From: Anaerolineae bacterium
GTDB taxonomy: Bacteria; Chloroflexota; Anaerolineae; Aggregatilineales; UBA2796
Direction: 5' to 3'
Length of the DNA stretch: 64,000 bases
NCBI GenBank assembly: GCA_025055255.1
Contig: JANWYI010000005.1
Coordinates: forward strand, 38,469 to 102,468
The notes below the pieces were generated by a model. The model was given only the letters and a program-made list of their open reading frames with translations. It ran no database searches and was not told the DNA's origin. A program made the position numbers and the translations under genes. Shown piece by piece: positions 37,027 to 46,755 of the stretch (its first letter is position 1; each line of letters begins with the position of its first letter).

Positions 37027-37278
37027 ATGGTACACCATTCGCAACGTCCAGTGATCGAGCCGAATCGCGTCTACTCGCGCGAGGAAGTCGCTGAGATTTT
37101 GAACGTCAGCTTGAGCACTGTCAAGCGCTTGATTGCGGCGCGGCGCTTGCGCGTCAGCCAGCCGCATGGCATGCGCCGCGTGCTGATTCTCGGTCAGCAC
37201 ATCCTCGACATGCTGGCTGAGAGCGAAGTGCAAACTAGCCGAACAACAAAGCGGTCTGATACTGAAACAGCAACTTAG
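37027..37278 (+). CDS. Small excisionase-like/HTH_17 (truncated MerR-type) DNA-binding protein
   Basis: YSREEVAEILNVSLSTVKRLI..RRL motif; ATG 5 nt after the rodA stop (C-terminal 83 aa of the 36784 ORF). Confidence 0.75.
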   Translation: MVHHSQRPVIEPNRVYSREEVAEILNVSLSTVKRLIAARRLRVSQPHGMRRVLILGQHILDMLAESEVQTSRTTKRSDTETAT

Positions 37279-37306
37279 CCTTGCAGGCTTGCAATAAGAG
37301 TAGCTA

Positions 37307-39583
37307 ATGAGAACGTTTATTCAACGTTTGCGGCATGTCCTAGCCTTTTTGCTGATCAGCGCGTGTTCCGCAGCCGACCTTGCTGCGCCCGACGCGCCAA
37401 CTGTGCCGCCAACGCTTGGCGATGCCGTCAACACAGCGCGGACGTTCCTAGAAGCATGGACTAAGAACGATTTCAATACGATGTACGGCTTGCTCACGCC
37501 GCGCTCGTTAGTGATCAGCCGCGAGGCGTTCACAGCTGCTTATCAACAGGCTGAGCAGACACTTGCGCTCTTTGGCGAGAATGCCAAGCGCTACCGCATC
37601 CTGGACGATCAGACACAGCGGCAAGGCAACACAGCAATTGTTCGCTACGACATGACTTTCAACTCGCGCTTCTTGGGTGAGTTCACAGACTCAGGACGCA
37701 CCATGCGTCTGCTGCTCACGGAGCGCGGCTGGCGCGTGGCTTGGAGCACAATGGACATTTTCGAAGGCTTAGCAGGCAACTCACAGCTCATCCTTGAGCG
37801 CACGCCGCCATTGCGCGGCAGCATTTATGACCGTAACGGCAAGGTTATCGCTCAGGACAACGTGCCAAACTACGCTGTGCGCCTGCTCACGCGCCGCTAC
37901 CCAACAAACGACCCTGATGCTTGCTTCCGCCTGCTCGCAGAGACGTTTCGTCTTTACATCGGCGATTTTGAGCAGTATCGTCCCTTCACAGGGCGAGATT
38001 TCGGCTTCACAGTTGGCACACTTTTTCAAAGTGACTACGAGGCGCTGCGTCCAAGCCTAGATCGCGTCTGTTTCCTGCAATATGTGCCACAGACCACACG
38101 CTTTTACTACGGCGGCAACCTCGCAGCGCAAACTGTTGGCTTTGTGACGCCAATGCAAGCTGATCAGCAGGCTGCTTTTCCGAACCTAGCGCCCGGCTCG
38201 CTTATCGGGCAGTTTGGCGTTGAGCGCGCTTGGCAAGACCGACTCAGTGGCGAGAGCGGCGCCGAACTGCTCATCCGCACGACCGATGGCGTGACTGTGC
38301 GCACCATTCATCGCAAGCCTGCCACGCGCGGACAAGACGTTCACCTGAGCCTTGACCGTGAGCTGCAGCTCAAGACAGAGCAAGCCATTGCTGCGGCGTA
38401 CAATGAAGCGAATTGGGCGCCGTTGCGCAACGGCGCAGCGCAAGCGCGCTTGGTCACAGGTGCTGCAGCGGTCGTGCTGGACGTGAAGACAGGCGACGTG
38501 CTGGCAATGGCGAGCTTTCCATCGCCACACCCTGATGCATGGCGCATCGGCACAACGTGGGACGCCGCAGACGTGATCGGTCGCTACTTCGCGCAACGCG
38601 CTGTGGTCAATCACGCCACAGAAGAGCTGTACGCGCTTGGCTCGGTTATGAAAATTGTCTCGACTGCGGCTGCAGCTGACTCAGGCGCTTTTCGCATGAA
38701 TGAGACGCGCGTCTGCAATGGCACGCTGCGCAGTCCCGATGACGGACGTATCCTGACTGACTGGATTTACCTTGAGCCGAACCGCGATCCGAATTATCAC
38801 GGCGAGATCAACCTGCATCAGGCGCTGACTTCGTCATGTGACATCTATTTCTGGCTTGTCGGCGAGAAGCTGAACAACCTCGACCCGACGTTGCTCAAGC
38901 GCTATGGCAACAAGCTCGGTCTAGGCGTGCCGACAGGCATTGACTCGCTCGTTGACCTACAGGGCGTGATTCCTGACCCTGACTGGACGCGCGCCAACGA
39001 AGGACGCGCTTGGGGCGTGGGCGATAGCCTGAACGTCGTGATTGGGCAAGGTAGCGTCAAAGTGACCGTGTTACAGGCGGCGCGCATGACGGCTGCTATT
39101 GCTAATGGACAGGTTTTACCGAACTTGACGCTAGTGAAAAAAGTCGGCTACCCTGGTCAGCCACCAACTTACGTTGCGCCTGAGCGGACGCCTGAGCCGC
39201 TTGGCATTAAGCCTGAGGTGATCAAAGGTGTGCAGCGCGGCATGTGCGAAGTGGTCACTGACACAAAGCTCGGCACAGCAAGCTGGGTTTTTGAGGGCTG
39301 GGATCACGCGCGGATCAAGGTGTGCGGCAAAACTGGCACGGTTCAGAGCGGCACGCCTTTTCCACACGGTTGGTTCGTGGCGTATGCAGGCTTACCCAAT
39401 CAGACGCCCGACATCGCCATTGCTGTGCTAGTGCTGTACTCGCGCGAAGGCTCGGAGACGGGCGCGCCAATCGCACGGCGCATCATCGAAGCATACTATG
39501 GACTGCCTTACGCGCCGTTCCCACGCTATTGGGCAGAGCCATATCAAGTGCTGCCGACGCCGGGCTTGAGCGGCGGACAATGA
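37307..39583 (+). CDS. mrdA: Class B penicillin-binding protein (PBP2/MrdA-like) with NTF2-like N-domain, probable lipoprotein
   Basis: Lipobox-like LISAC; RGSIYDRNG; SVMK (SxxK), SCD (SxN/D), KTG motifs. Confidence 0.88.
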   Translation: MRTFIQRLRHVLAFLLISACSAADLAAPDAPTVPPTLGDAVNTARTFLEAWTKNDFNTMYGLLTPRSLVISREAFTAAYQQAEQTLALFGENAKRYRILDDQTQRQGNTAIVRYDMTFNSRFLGEFTDSGRTMRLLLTERGWRVAWSTMDIFEGLAGNSQLILERTPPLRGSIYDRNGKVIAQDNVPNYAVRLLTRRYPTNDPDACFRLLAETFRLYIGDFEQYRPFTGRDFGFTVGTLFQSDYEALRPSLDRVCFLQYVPQTTRFYYGGNLAAQTVGFVTPMQADQQAAFPNLAPGSLIGQFGVERAWQDRLSGESGAELLIRTTDGVTVRTIHRKPATRGQDVHLSLDRELQLKTEQAIAAAYNEANWAPLRNGAAQARLVTGAAAVVLDVKTGDVLAMASFPSPHPDAWRIGTTWDAADVIGRYFAQRAVVNHATEELYALGSVMKIVSTAAAADSGAFRMNETRVCNGTLRSPDDGRILTDWIYLEPNRDPNYHGEINLHQALTSSCDIYFWLVGEKLNNLDPTLLKRYGNKLGLGVPTGIDSLVDLQGVIPDPDWTRANEGRAWGVGDSLNVVIGQGSVKVTVLQAARMTAAIANGQVLPNLTLVKKVGYPGQPPTYVAPERTPEPLGIKPEVIKGVQRGMCEVVTDTKLGTASWVFEGWDHARIKVCGKTGTVQSGTPFPHGWFVAYAGLPNQTPDIAIAVLVLYSREGSETGAPIARRIIEAYYGLPYAPFPRYWAEPYQVLPTPGLSGGQ

Positions 39584-39629
39584 GTCACAACTGTTAAGCA
39601 CTCCTCATCTCGCCGCATTATCAGTGCGC

Positions 39630-39658
39630 TTGTCTGACTGAGCGCTTGGTGATAAGAT
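39630..39658 (+). promoter_or_regulatory. Putative promoter of the large-protein/membrane-protein/nuclease unit
   Basis: TTGTCT(39630-39635)-N17-TAAGAT(39653-39658), within an imperfect TTATCA...TGATAA inverted repeat. Confidence 0.5.
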
Positions 39659-39711
39659 ACAAGCGTATGCTCGTGAAAAGTGTAAAGCAGTCTTGGGAAA
39701 GCGCTGTTCCG

Positions 39712-42700
39712 ATGAGTGACCGTCCTCAAGTCTTTCAGTTAGAGCGCTTTAGCTTGGTGATTCCTGCCCAGGTAACAGCGCGCCCTGTCTCTGGACATCT
39801 GATCGCGCGCACAGCAGGTGTTCGTCCAGAGCATGTGATCGAGGCGCGGCGAATTGCCACGCTCACAGCACAACGTCCACTGACACCTCTGAAGCCGCCA
39901 CTCGTCACACTGGGCTTGCTGCGCGGCGAGACCGTTGACTATGTAGCCGCCAAAGCCTTGCCGACGAAAGACGGCGATACGCTCGTGCAGTATTTGATCA
40001 TCCCAGCCGCTGTCATGCGCGCCTTAGGCGGCAATTTACAGCCTTTGGAAGCCTTCGCGCGCGAGCCGTTATCACCTGCTAATCAACCGTTGCAACCTTT
40101 CGTCATCGCTCAGCCACGTCCGCCTAGCTTTGAGCAGCAGAGCGATGCGCTCCTTGCGCTTCTGGGGTATTGCCGCAATAACGTCCGCACGGTGAGCGGC
40201 TTATTAGCAGGCATGGTGCAAGGCATGGGCGTCATCGTAACAGGTGCGCCCGCCTCGCTGCGCGATAGGCTGACTTTTGTGCAAGGCTTGTTGTGTCTGT
40301 TGCCTGCGCCTGTTCGCGTAGCGGTCACCTTTGTGACGCATAGCCCTGACGCGCTCCATTTGAATGCACAGATTAAGTTCACGCCGAACTTGAGCGCGCC
40401 GCCTGCGCAGCATGTCCTGTTCGATTGGCGGACGCAGACGGTCACAGGTAATCCGCCTGAAGACGCTTACACTAAATTTATCCGCGCGCAGCTGCAGCTT
40501 GATACCTCACTTGTGATTGAGCAGACTGAGAAACTAGCGCGCACTGCCACATGGCGCGCCATGCGCCGAGAGACAATGGCGAATGCTCTTGCTTGGGCTT
40601 CCAAGCGCGCTGCGCTCGACGAGCTGGTCTTGCAGCGCCAGCCAGCTGACCGTGAGATGGTAGCTGCCGTCTTGCGCGAAGACCCAACGCTCTCAGATGA
40701 GCTGCGCGTCGCATACTGCAATCACCTGTTGGCATTTTCACTGGCACTTGGCGATTACAGCCACACTGAGATGATCCCTGCCCTTGCCGCGCAGAGTAAA
40801 GAGATCGCTGACGCTGTCTACGAGCAGCTTTGGTCAGCTGCTAGTGGCGAGCGCGCCATGGATGTCTATCAGCTAGTTGCGCGTTGGCTTTCTGAGGCGC
40901 CTGTCGGCGCTGATCTGAGCCGTTGGCGTCCACTCTTGGCAATGGCAGCCAGTGCGCGCGCCACAGAGTTGCTGGACGCGCCACCAAGTGAATTTGCCGC
41001 CTTTCTAGAGCAGTTTGTCAGCGCGACTGACAAAGTGCCGATGGAGCAGGTCGCCACACAGCTGATCACAGTAGCGCGTCGCCGTGCTGCAGAGAACGCT
41101 GAGATAGCGCGCGCTGTCTTCTTGCTGGCAATTTACCATTTGTCGCTAGGCAACTTACAGCGCCTCGTGGCAGAGAGCGCTTTCCAAGCGCAGTTGCCGC
41201 CGAACTTGCGCGAGCTGTTACCGCACTTGCGCGCTGATGCGCCTAAGCCTGCGCCACCGCGTCTGTTAGCGCGCGCCACAGAAGTCTTTGGCGAGGCACA
41301 TCAGCCGATCTTAACGGGTCGTTTGACTGATTGGGCAGTTAGCGTGCAGCGCAGCGACCTAATTGACACAGAGGCGCTCGCTAACTTGGTCAGGTTAGCG
41401 AGCTCGCCATTGGCAACGCGCTTTGAGCAAGTCATCCAGAACGTGCTGGAAGATTTGAGCGCTCTGAGTACTTTGCGCACCATGAGTTCAGAGGCGCATA
41501 GTAGCCTGATCACGCTGCATTTGGTGCGCGGACGCTACTACGACGCTGTAGAGCTGATTGCGCTCTGTATGGACACAATCTATCAAGGTGCGCGGCAAAC
41601 GCAAGGCGCAGAGCTGCTGCGTGTCACCTTCCGTGACGTGCCAATCGGCATCTCTGAGCTGCTAAGCGCGCTCAGTGCATTACAGAACAGCTCGCTCAAA
41701 CCGCTCCTGCGCGCCCATGCTGACCTTGGCGCGTTGGAAGGGCGTAACTGGGATGCGGCGCTGCAGCCCGTCACGGATCGGCTCTCAGCCCTTTTCTACG
41801 CCGATCCGCGCCTGATCGCAAGTGTTGGCGTCGGTGCTGCGCTACGCCTACTGAAAGCAGCCGCTCATCGCAAAGACTCAGCCGAGGCACTGCGCGTGCT
41901 CAACGCGCTCAGCAGCTATGCTCTGACTTTCAGCGAGCAAGAGCCGCAAGCCGCAGAGTTGGTTTGTCAGGCTTATAACTTGCTGGACTGGTCAACCGAA
42001 GTGCGCACAGCAGGCTTGGAAGTCATGCGCGACTACATTCGGCGTGCTGCACCCAACCAAGCTGCTAAAGTACCGCATCTAGTCGGCTCACGGCAAGGCG
42101 AGGCAGTCTACAAAGCGCTTGAGGCGACTTATCGTGTGCGTTTAGTGACAGGTGGCACAGATTTCGGCGTCTTTGCCGAGCAAGCTCAGACGGCTGCGCT
42201 CCTGCTGACTGACATTGCCGCCTATTATGAGAATGAGCGTCAGCCACCTGATATTCCCAAACTGCGGCGTAACATTGAGGTCATGAGCGGCGGACTATCT
42301 GAAGCAGAGCGACGTCAGTTGAGTGAAAATGCAATTGCAATCAGCGAGGCGCTCTGGAAGCTCTATCAGCGCCATCAGAAGCGCTTCGGCAAGCGCAGCC
42401 GCCAAGAGTTAGAGGCACGCCAAGCTGCACTAGCGCGCTCTGAGAGTGTGCCTCAGAGCGGCGTTGAGATGTTACAGTGGTTAGGTGCGCGGCTTGGCGA
42501 AGGACGCACCTACTTGCCGCGCTTTCAACGTGAGGCGGCTCACTACTTGTTTGGCACGCGCTCACTGAACATGCTCCTGCGCGAATCAGCCTCAGTAGTG
42601 TCCCTGTTGAACGGCTTACTGGCTGCCCTGCCCGAAGAGCCAACTACTGAGTCAGACCTGCAGGCGCTGTGCAGCGAAGTAGACGACCTGTGGGCGTCTG

Positions 42701-42915
42701 TGCCGCCTGCGCGCCAACGCGAGCTACAGCCAACATTGGCGCCGAACCTGCAGTATGCCGCTGCCGCCATCTTGAAGCTGGGTGAGAAAGCGAATGAGCG
42801 CGCTCTACAAGATGCTAATCGCCGCCGCCAGCTGATCACAGGACGCACACAGCCGCGCAATGCGCTAGAGATGTTCTTCTGGCTGAGCGGCTACTTCAGC
42901 GGCGAACAGCGTTAG
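39712..42915 (+). CDS. Large hypothetical protein (~1067 aa), alpha/beta N-terminus plus long helical solenoid-like body
   Basis: Uninterrupted 3.2-kb ORF; no TM or signal peptide seen; ATG 39712 lies downstream of the putative promoter. Confidence 0.85.
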   Translation: MSDRPQVFQLERFSLVIPAQVTARPVSGHLIARTAGVRPEHVIEARRIATLTAQRPLTPLKPPLVTLGLLRGETVDYVAAKALPTKDGDTLVQYLIIPAAVMRALGGNLQPLEAFAREPLSPANQPLQPFVIAQPRPPSFEQQSDALLALLGYCRNNVRTVSGLLAGMVQGMGVIVTGAPASLRDRLTFVQGLLCLLPAPVRVAVTFVTHSPDALHLNAQIKFTPNLSAPPAQHVLFDWRTQTVTGNPPEDAYTKFIRAQLQLDTSLVIEQTEKLARTATWRAMRRETMANALAWASKRAALDELVLQRQPADREMVAAVLREDPTLSDELRVAYCNHLLAFSLALGDYSHTEMIPALAAQSKEIADAVYEQLWSAASGERAMDVYQLVARWLSEAPVGADLSRWRPLLAMAASARATELLDAPPSEFAAFLEQFVSATDKVPMEQVATQLITVARRRAAENAEIARAVFLLAIYHLSLGNLQRLVAESAFQAQLPPNLRELLPHLRADAPKPAPPRLLARATEVFGEAHQPILTGRLTDWAVSVQRSDLIDTEALANLVRLASSPLATRFEQVIQNVLEDLSALSTLRTMSSEAHSSLITLHLVRGRYYDAVELIALCMDTIYQGARQTQGAELLRVTFRDVPIGISELLSALSALQNSSLKPLLRAHADLGALEGRNWDAALQPVTDRLSALFYADPRLIASVGVGAALRLLKAAAHRKDSAEALRVLNALSSYALTFSEQEPQAAELVCQAYNLLDWSTEVRTAGLEVMRDYIRRAAPNQAAKVPHLVGSRQGEAVYKALEATYRVRLVTGGTDFGVFAEQAQTAALLLTDIAAYYENERQPPDIPKLRRNIEVMSGGLSEAERRQLSENAIAISEALWKLYQRHQKRFGKRSRQELEARQAALARSESVPQSGVEMLQWLGARLGEGRTYLPRFQREAAHYLFGTRSLNMLLRESASVVSLLNGLLAALPEEPTTESDLQALCSEVDDLWASVPPARQRELQPTLAPNLQYAAAAILKLGEKANERALQDANRRRQLITGRTQPRNALEMFFWLSGYFSGEQR

Positions 42916-42917
42916 CC

Positions 42918-43322
42918 GTGTCGCTGTGGATCGGTCTTGCTCTTGGCGCGCTGAGCCTGTTCAACGGTCTAGGCGCGCTAAATGTGATTAACGCTGTGCC
43001 TACGCTGCGCACACTGCCAGTCAGAGTGCCATTAGTCGTCTTGATAGGCATGCCATTAGTATGGTGCGTCATTTTTGCGGCGCTCAGCTTTGGTGTGCTG
43101 CTGAAGAGACGACGTGCCATGCGTCTGTTCGCGCCGTTGCTCACAGCGTATGCGCTCTCGCGCCTGAGCATGGCACTCTTGACTCAAAGCGATTACGATC
43201 AAGGGCGGCTCAGCATGCAAATTTTGCTGACCGTGCTATGGATCAGCGTGGCATGGTGGTGCGCACGACACATTGAACGTCGCTTTGTTAACCGAGAAAG
43301 TTCACATGCAGCTGACCGCTGA
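42918..43322 (+). CDS. Small four-TM membrane protein
   Basis: Four hydrophobic segments; starts 2 nt after the upstream stop and overlaps the downstream start. Confidence 0.75.
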   Translation: MSLWIGLALGALSLFNGLGALNVINAVPTLRTLPVRVPLVVLIGMPLVWCVIFAALSFGVLLKRRRAMRLFAPLLTAYALSRLSMALLTQSDYDQGRLSMQILLTVLWISVAWWCARHIERRFVNRESSHAADR

Positions 43323-44403
43323 ACATCTAGAGAATATCAGGCGCTTTGTTCCGATTTTCCGCTACCATCTCAATCAGGCGGAGCAAAACGAGGAGCTGCT
43401 TGAGCGCGCTGCGCGCCGTGAACTCTATCAGCAGCTGCTCTCACCTGAGGCGCTGCGCAGCATGACTGAGCTAGAGCTTGGGCAGGTGATCGGCTCACTG
43501 TGGGCAAACCGTCTCTGGGTGAACAAGAGACACTTTATTGAGAACCTGATTGCGGCTAATGGCTTGCCTGCGCTGATCAAGCACCTCAGTGACTTGCTGT
43601 GGGGCAAAGAATCGGTTGGTCGGCGCTACGACACCTTTCGGCGCGCTATCAAAGGACTCGGCACGGCGTCTATCACAGAGTTACTAGCAATCGTACATCC
43701 TGAGCAATGCGGCATCTGGAACGACAAAGCGCGCCGCGCGCTCAACATTCTTGGTATGCAGGACATCTTGCCGTTTACACACAAGCAACAGATTAATGGC
43801 GAGGAATACGAGCGTTTCAATCGAGTCCTCAAACTGATAGGCAATGTCCTTGAGCAACTCAATTTAACAGACCTAGATTATCCAAAGCTGGATTATTTCC
43901 TTTATATCGTCTGGGAAAGTGGCAGCGCAGAGACGCCGTTCGTGCCACAACCGAGCGCCACACCTGAAGTCGAAGACTTTGACCACGATCAAGTCGTTGA
44001 GAATCTGCTTAAGATTGGCGAGAGCTTAGGCTTCTCGGTTGAAAAAGAGAAGCTAGTGGCGCGTGGCGCCAAAGTGGACGCAATCTGGCAAACGCGCATC
44101 GCCAACTTAGGCGTGGTGACCTACGTCTTCGAGGTGCAACGGCGCGGCTCGCTCGATTCGCTCATCTTGAACTTGCAGCGCGCACAGAACAATCCGACAG
44201 TGCAGCGGCTGATCGTCGTAGCCAACGCTAACTCGCTTGAGCGCATCCGAAATGAAATCGCTACGCTGCCAGAGAGTTTCCGCAAGTTGGTCAGTTATAT
44301 GGAAGTCAAAGCTGTGCAGCGCGCTGTAGAACTAATAGACGAGTTGACAAAAATTATCGGTCGGCTTGAATTGGTTCGAGACGAGTTTGACGTGCGTCCC
44401 TAG
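43306..44403 (+). CDS. Putative restriction-endonuclease-like protein (helical N-domain plus PD-(D/E)xK-type nuclease)
   Basis: N-domain IKGLGTASITELLAIVHPEQCGIWN; C-domain HDQVVENL..IG..LGF.V.KE....AKVDAIW...VFEVQ; locally more AT-rich sequence. Confidence 0.65.
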   Translation: MQLTAEHLENIRRFVPIFRYHLNQAEQNEELLERAARRELYQQLLSPEALRSMTELELGQVIGSLWANRLWVNKRHFIENLIAANGLPALIKHLSDLLWGKESVGRRYDTFRRAIKGLGTASITELLAIVHPEQCGIWNDKARRALNILGMQDILPFTHKQQINGEEYERFNRVLKLIGNVLEQLNLTDLDYPKLDYFLYIVWESGSAETPFVPQPSATPEVEDFDHDQVVENLLKIGESLGFSVEKEKLVARGAKVDAIWQTRIANLGVVTYVFEVQRRGSLDSLILNLQRAQNNPTVQRLIVVANANSLERIRNEIATLPESFRKLVSYMEVKAVQRAVELIDELTKIIGRLELVRDEFDVRP

Positions 44404-44404
44404 A

Positions 44405-45022
44405 CTACAAGCCGGGTAAACGCGGCAAGCTGCGCAGCGCAGTCGCCACGAATTGCTTACGATGCTGCGGACTAATGCCGTGCTTGCGCAATGCTGCAAG
44501 ATGCTCAGCCGTACCGTAGCCACGGTTATGCTCCCAGCCATAGTGCGGATACTGTGCGTGCAAGTCCGCCATAATTTGGTCGCGTTTGACCTTCGCTACG
44601 ATAGAAGCAGCCGCAACGACCTCAAACTGTTCGTCGGCGCGCACGATGCAGCGCACGCGTGGCGCTTTTCTGCCCAGATTGGTCAATTTTAGGTTGCCGT
44701 CTACGATGTACTGCGCCGCCTCTAGTGGACGCCAGATGAGCGCCTCAAAAGCGCTGCGATTTGCCCAGCCGATGCCGTGCGCGTCAATGTCAGCGACCTC
44801 AACAGTGTCCGTCTCCACAATGGCTGCCCATTCGTAAATGTAGCGGACTGCCTCAGCGCGCTGCTTGGCAGTCATCCGTTTTGAATCGCGGAAGGGTAAG
44901 TTGGGAAAGCGCTCGGTCAAGCGGAAATTTGGCGGGAAGGCGACCATTGCAGCCACAAGTGGACCTGCCAAGGCGCCGCGACCTGCTTCATCCAAACCGC
45001 AGACTAGTAACGGCTCGCTCAC
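44405..45022 (-). CDS. rnhB: Ribonuclease HII
   Basis: GLDEAGRGALAGP, DSK, IVDGN, AAASIVAKV.RD, YGWEHNRGYGT..H. Confidence 0.95.
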   Translation of the reverse strand: MSEPLLVCGLDEAGRGALAGPLVAAMVAFPPNFRLTERFPNLPFRDSKRMTAKQRAEAVRYIYEWAAIVETDTVEVADIDAHGIGWANRSAFEALIWRPLEAAQYIVDGNLKLTNLGRKAPRVRCIVRADEQFEVVAAASIVAKVKRDQIMADLHAQYPHYGWEHNRGYGTAEHLAALRKHGISPQHRKQFVATALRSLPRLPGL

Positions 45023-46578
45023 AGCAGCTTTTGCACCTCATACACTGTAACAGCGCCGCGCCGACTGCGCAGGGTTACCTCGCCGAGCTTACGCGCAGCA
45101 ATGCGATTGCCTAGCTGTGTTAGACTGCTCTCTTCAATCAAGATTTGCCCTGAACGCGCGCTCTCTTGCAGGCGATAGGCGACGTTGATAGGCTCGCCGA
45201 CAGCTGTGTAGCTAATTGCCTGTGCTGCGCTAATCGTGCCGACTAATGCCTCGCCATGCGCTACGCCAATGGCAAAAGCGAGCCCTGCTGCGCCTTGCCG
45301 CGCGTTGAACTGCTCGGTAGCTGCTTGCAAAGCGAGCGCAGCCTGTACAGCGCGCAGCTGATGCTCAGGCTGATCGCGTGGCACATTGAAGAGCGCCATC
45401 AGCGCATCGCCGCCTGCTTTATCGAGTGTAGCGCCATAGCTGGCAAAGGTCTCAGCTGCAAGCGAGAGATAAGCGTTCAGGACGCGCATCGCTTGCTCAG
45501 GTGCTTGTTGACCAGCATAAGCGCTGAAACCGCGTAAATCGGCAACAACCACGCTGATCTGCCGCCATTCAGCGCGACTCGCCTCAGCAAGTGCCTCGCC
45601 TCGCCTGATTGAATTGGACACAACATTCGACGATGCGTGATGAGCTCTGAGTGCCTCTAAGGCATGATAGTTGCGTGCATTTTCAATGGCAATAGCCGCG
45701 TAGTCACTGAGCGCAGAGAGCAGCGCAGCGTCGTTTTCAGTAAATTGACGCGTACCTTGTGACAAGTTCTCTACATTCAAGACGCCAATAGCAACATTGC
45801 CGAGTAAAAGCGGCACGTAGAGTGCGGCACGCGGCACATTTGGATTAACCTGCCTGAGTTGTTCTAGCTGTGCCTCGTTCAGAACAATTGGACGTGCTGT
45901 GCTAACAGCGCGCTCAGCGACTCGATCCTGGACGACCTCAGCGATGCTCTGTGCATTTTGCTCACCGCGCAGCTTTGCAGTACGCAAGACCAGAGCATTA
46001 TTCTCGACTAACAGTAAGCGCGCTTGTTCAGCGTTCGTTAAGCTGATTGCAGCCTCTACGATACGAATTAGCAGTTGCTGCAAGTCCAGCAGTGCTGCCA
46101 CGCTTTTGCCGATGCTGTAGAGCGTGTTTAGCTCTTTGACGCGCAAGTGCAGCTCACGATTGGCATTCATGAGACGCGCTGTGAGCGCCTCTTTCTCACG
46201 GCGCAGGCGCACTTCGGCAAGGCTACGCTCAATAGCGTTGAGCATCTCTTCAGCTGTGTAGGGCTTTTTCAAGTAATCGCGCACGCCCATGCGGAAGACT
46301 TCAACAGCAATGTCTTCTGAGCCGTGAAAGGTCATTAAAATGACAGGGATATCGAGGCGTTCACGCTGAAGTGCCTCTAGCACGCCCATGCCGTCCAGAC
46401 GTGGCATTTGCAAGTCAAGCAGGATCAGATCAGGCGGATCGCGGCGCACAATCTCAAGGCATTCTATGCCGTCGCGTGCTTCCAGCGCGCGGTATTCGTT
46501 TGGCTGCAAGATGTACTTGATGATGAACTCGCGGTTCTCGCGCCCATCGTCTACCACGAGAATGCGTTCGTGTGCCAC
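45019..46578 (-). CDS. Response regulator (REC)-GAF-class III adenylate/guanylate cyclase
   Basis: REC (ILVVDD, LLDLQMP, YLKKP), coiled coil, GAF, then ADLRGFS, DKAGGDALM, YTAVGEPINVAYRLQ; GTG 46578 preferred. Confidence 0.9.
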   Translation of the reverse strand: MAHERILVVDDGRENREFIIKYILQPNEYRALEARDGIECLEIVRRDPPDLILLDLQMPRLDGMGVLEALQRERLDIPVILMTFHGSEDIAVEVFRMGVRDYLKKPYTAEEMLNAIERSLAEVRLRREKEALTARLMNANRELHLRVKELNTLYSIGKSVAALLDLQQLLIRIVEAAISLTNAEQARLLLVENNALVLRTAKLRGEQNAQSIAEVVQDRVAERAVSTARPIVLNEAQLEQLRQVNPNVPRAALYVPLLLGNVAIGVLNVENLSQGTRQFTENDAALLSALSDYAAIAIENARNYHALEALRAHHASSNVVSNSIRRGEALAEASRAEWRQISVVVADLRGFSAYAGQQAPEQAMRVLNAYLSLAAETFASYGATLDKAGGDALMALFNVPRDQPEHQLRAVQAALALQAATEQFNARQGAAGLAFAIGVAHGEALVGTISAAQAISYTAVGEPINVAYRLQESARSGQILIEESSLTQLGNRIAARKLGEVTLRSRRGAVTVYEVQKLL

Positions 46579-46755
46579 AGCATGCCCTTTTGCGTGCCCA
46601 ATGAAGTCTATTATGGCTAAACAGTATATGCAATGTTTGTCCATTGCAGCAAGCCGACTCCGTTATAATCTCCTATCAAAAAAGGCTATGGTGAGCCGCA
46701 GGGCGCGTCACCACATGCTGCACGCAGCACGCCACTAGAAAAATTACTTAAAAAA

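Noticed and set aside
37027-37278. HTH_17 gene as a prophage excisionase
   Set aside because: No integrase, att-like repeats or phage genes nearby; it is embedded in the rodA-mrdA operon.
38830-38850. PBP2 SxN motif reading SCD as a sign of inactivity
   Set aside because: SxD is normal in MrdA-type PBP2 enzymes; SxxK and KTG are intact.
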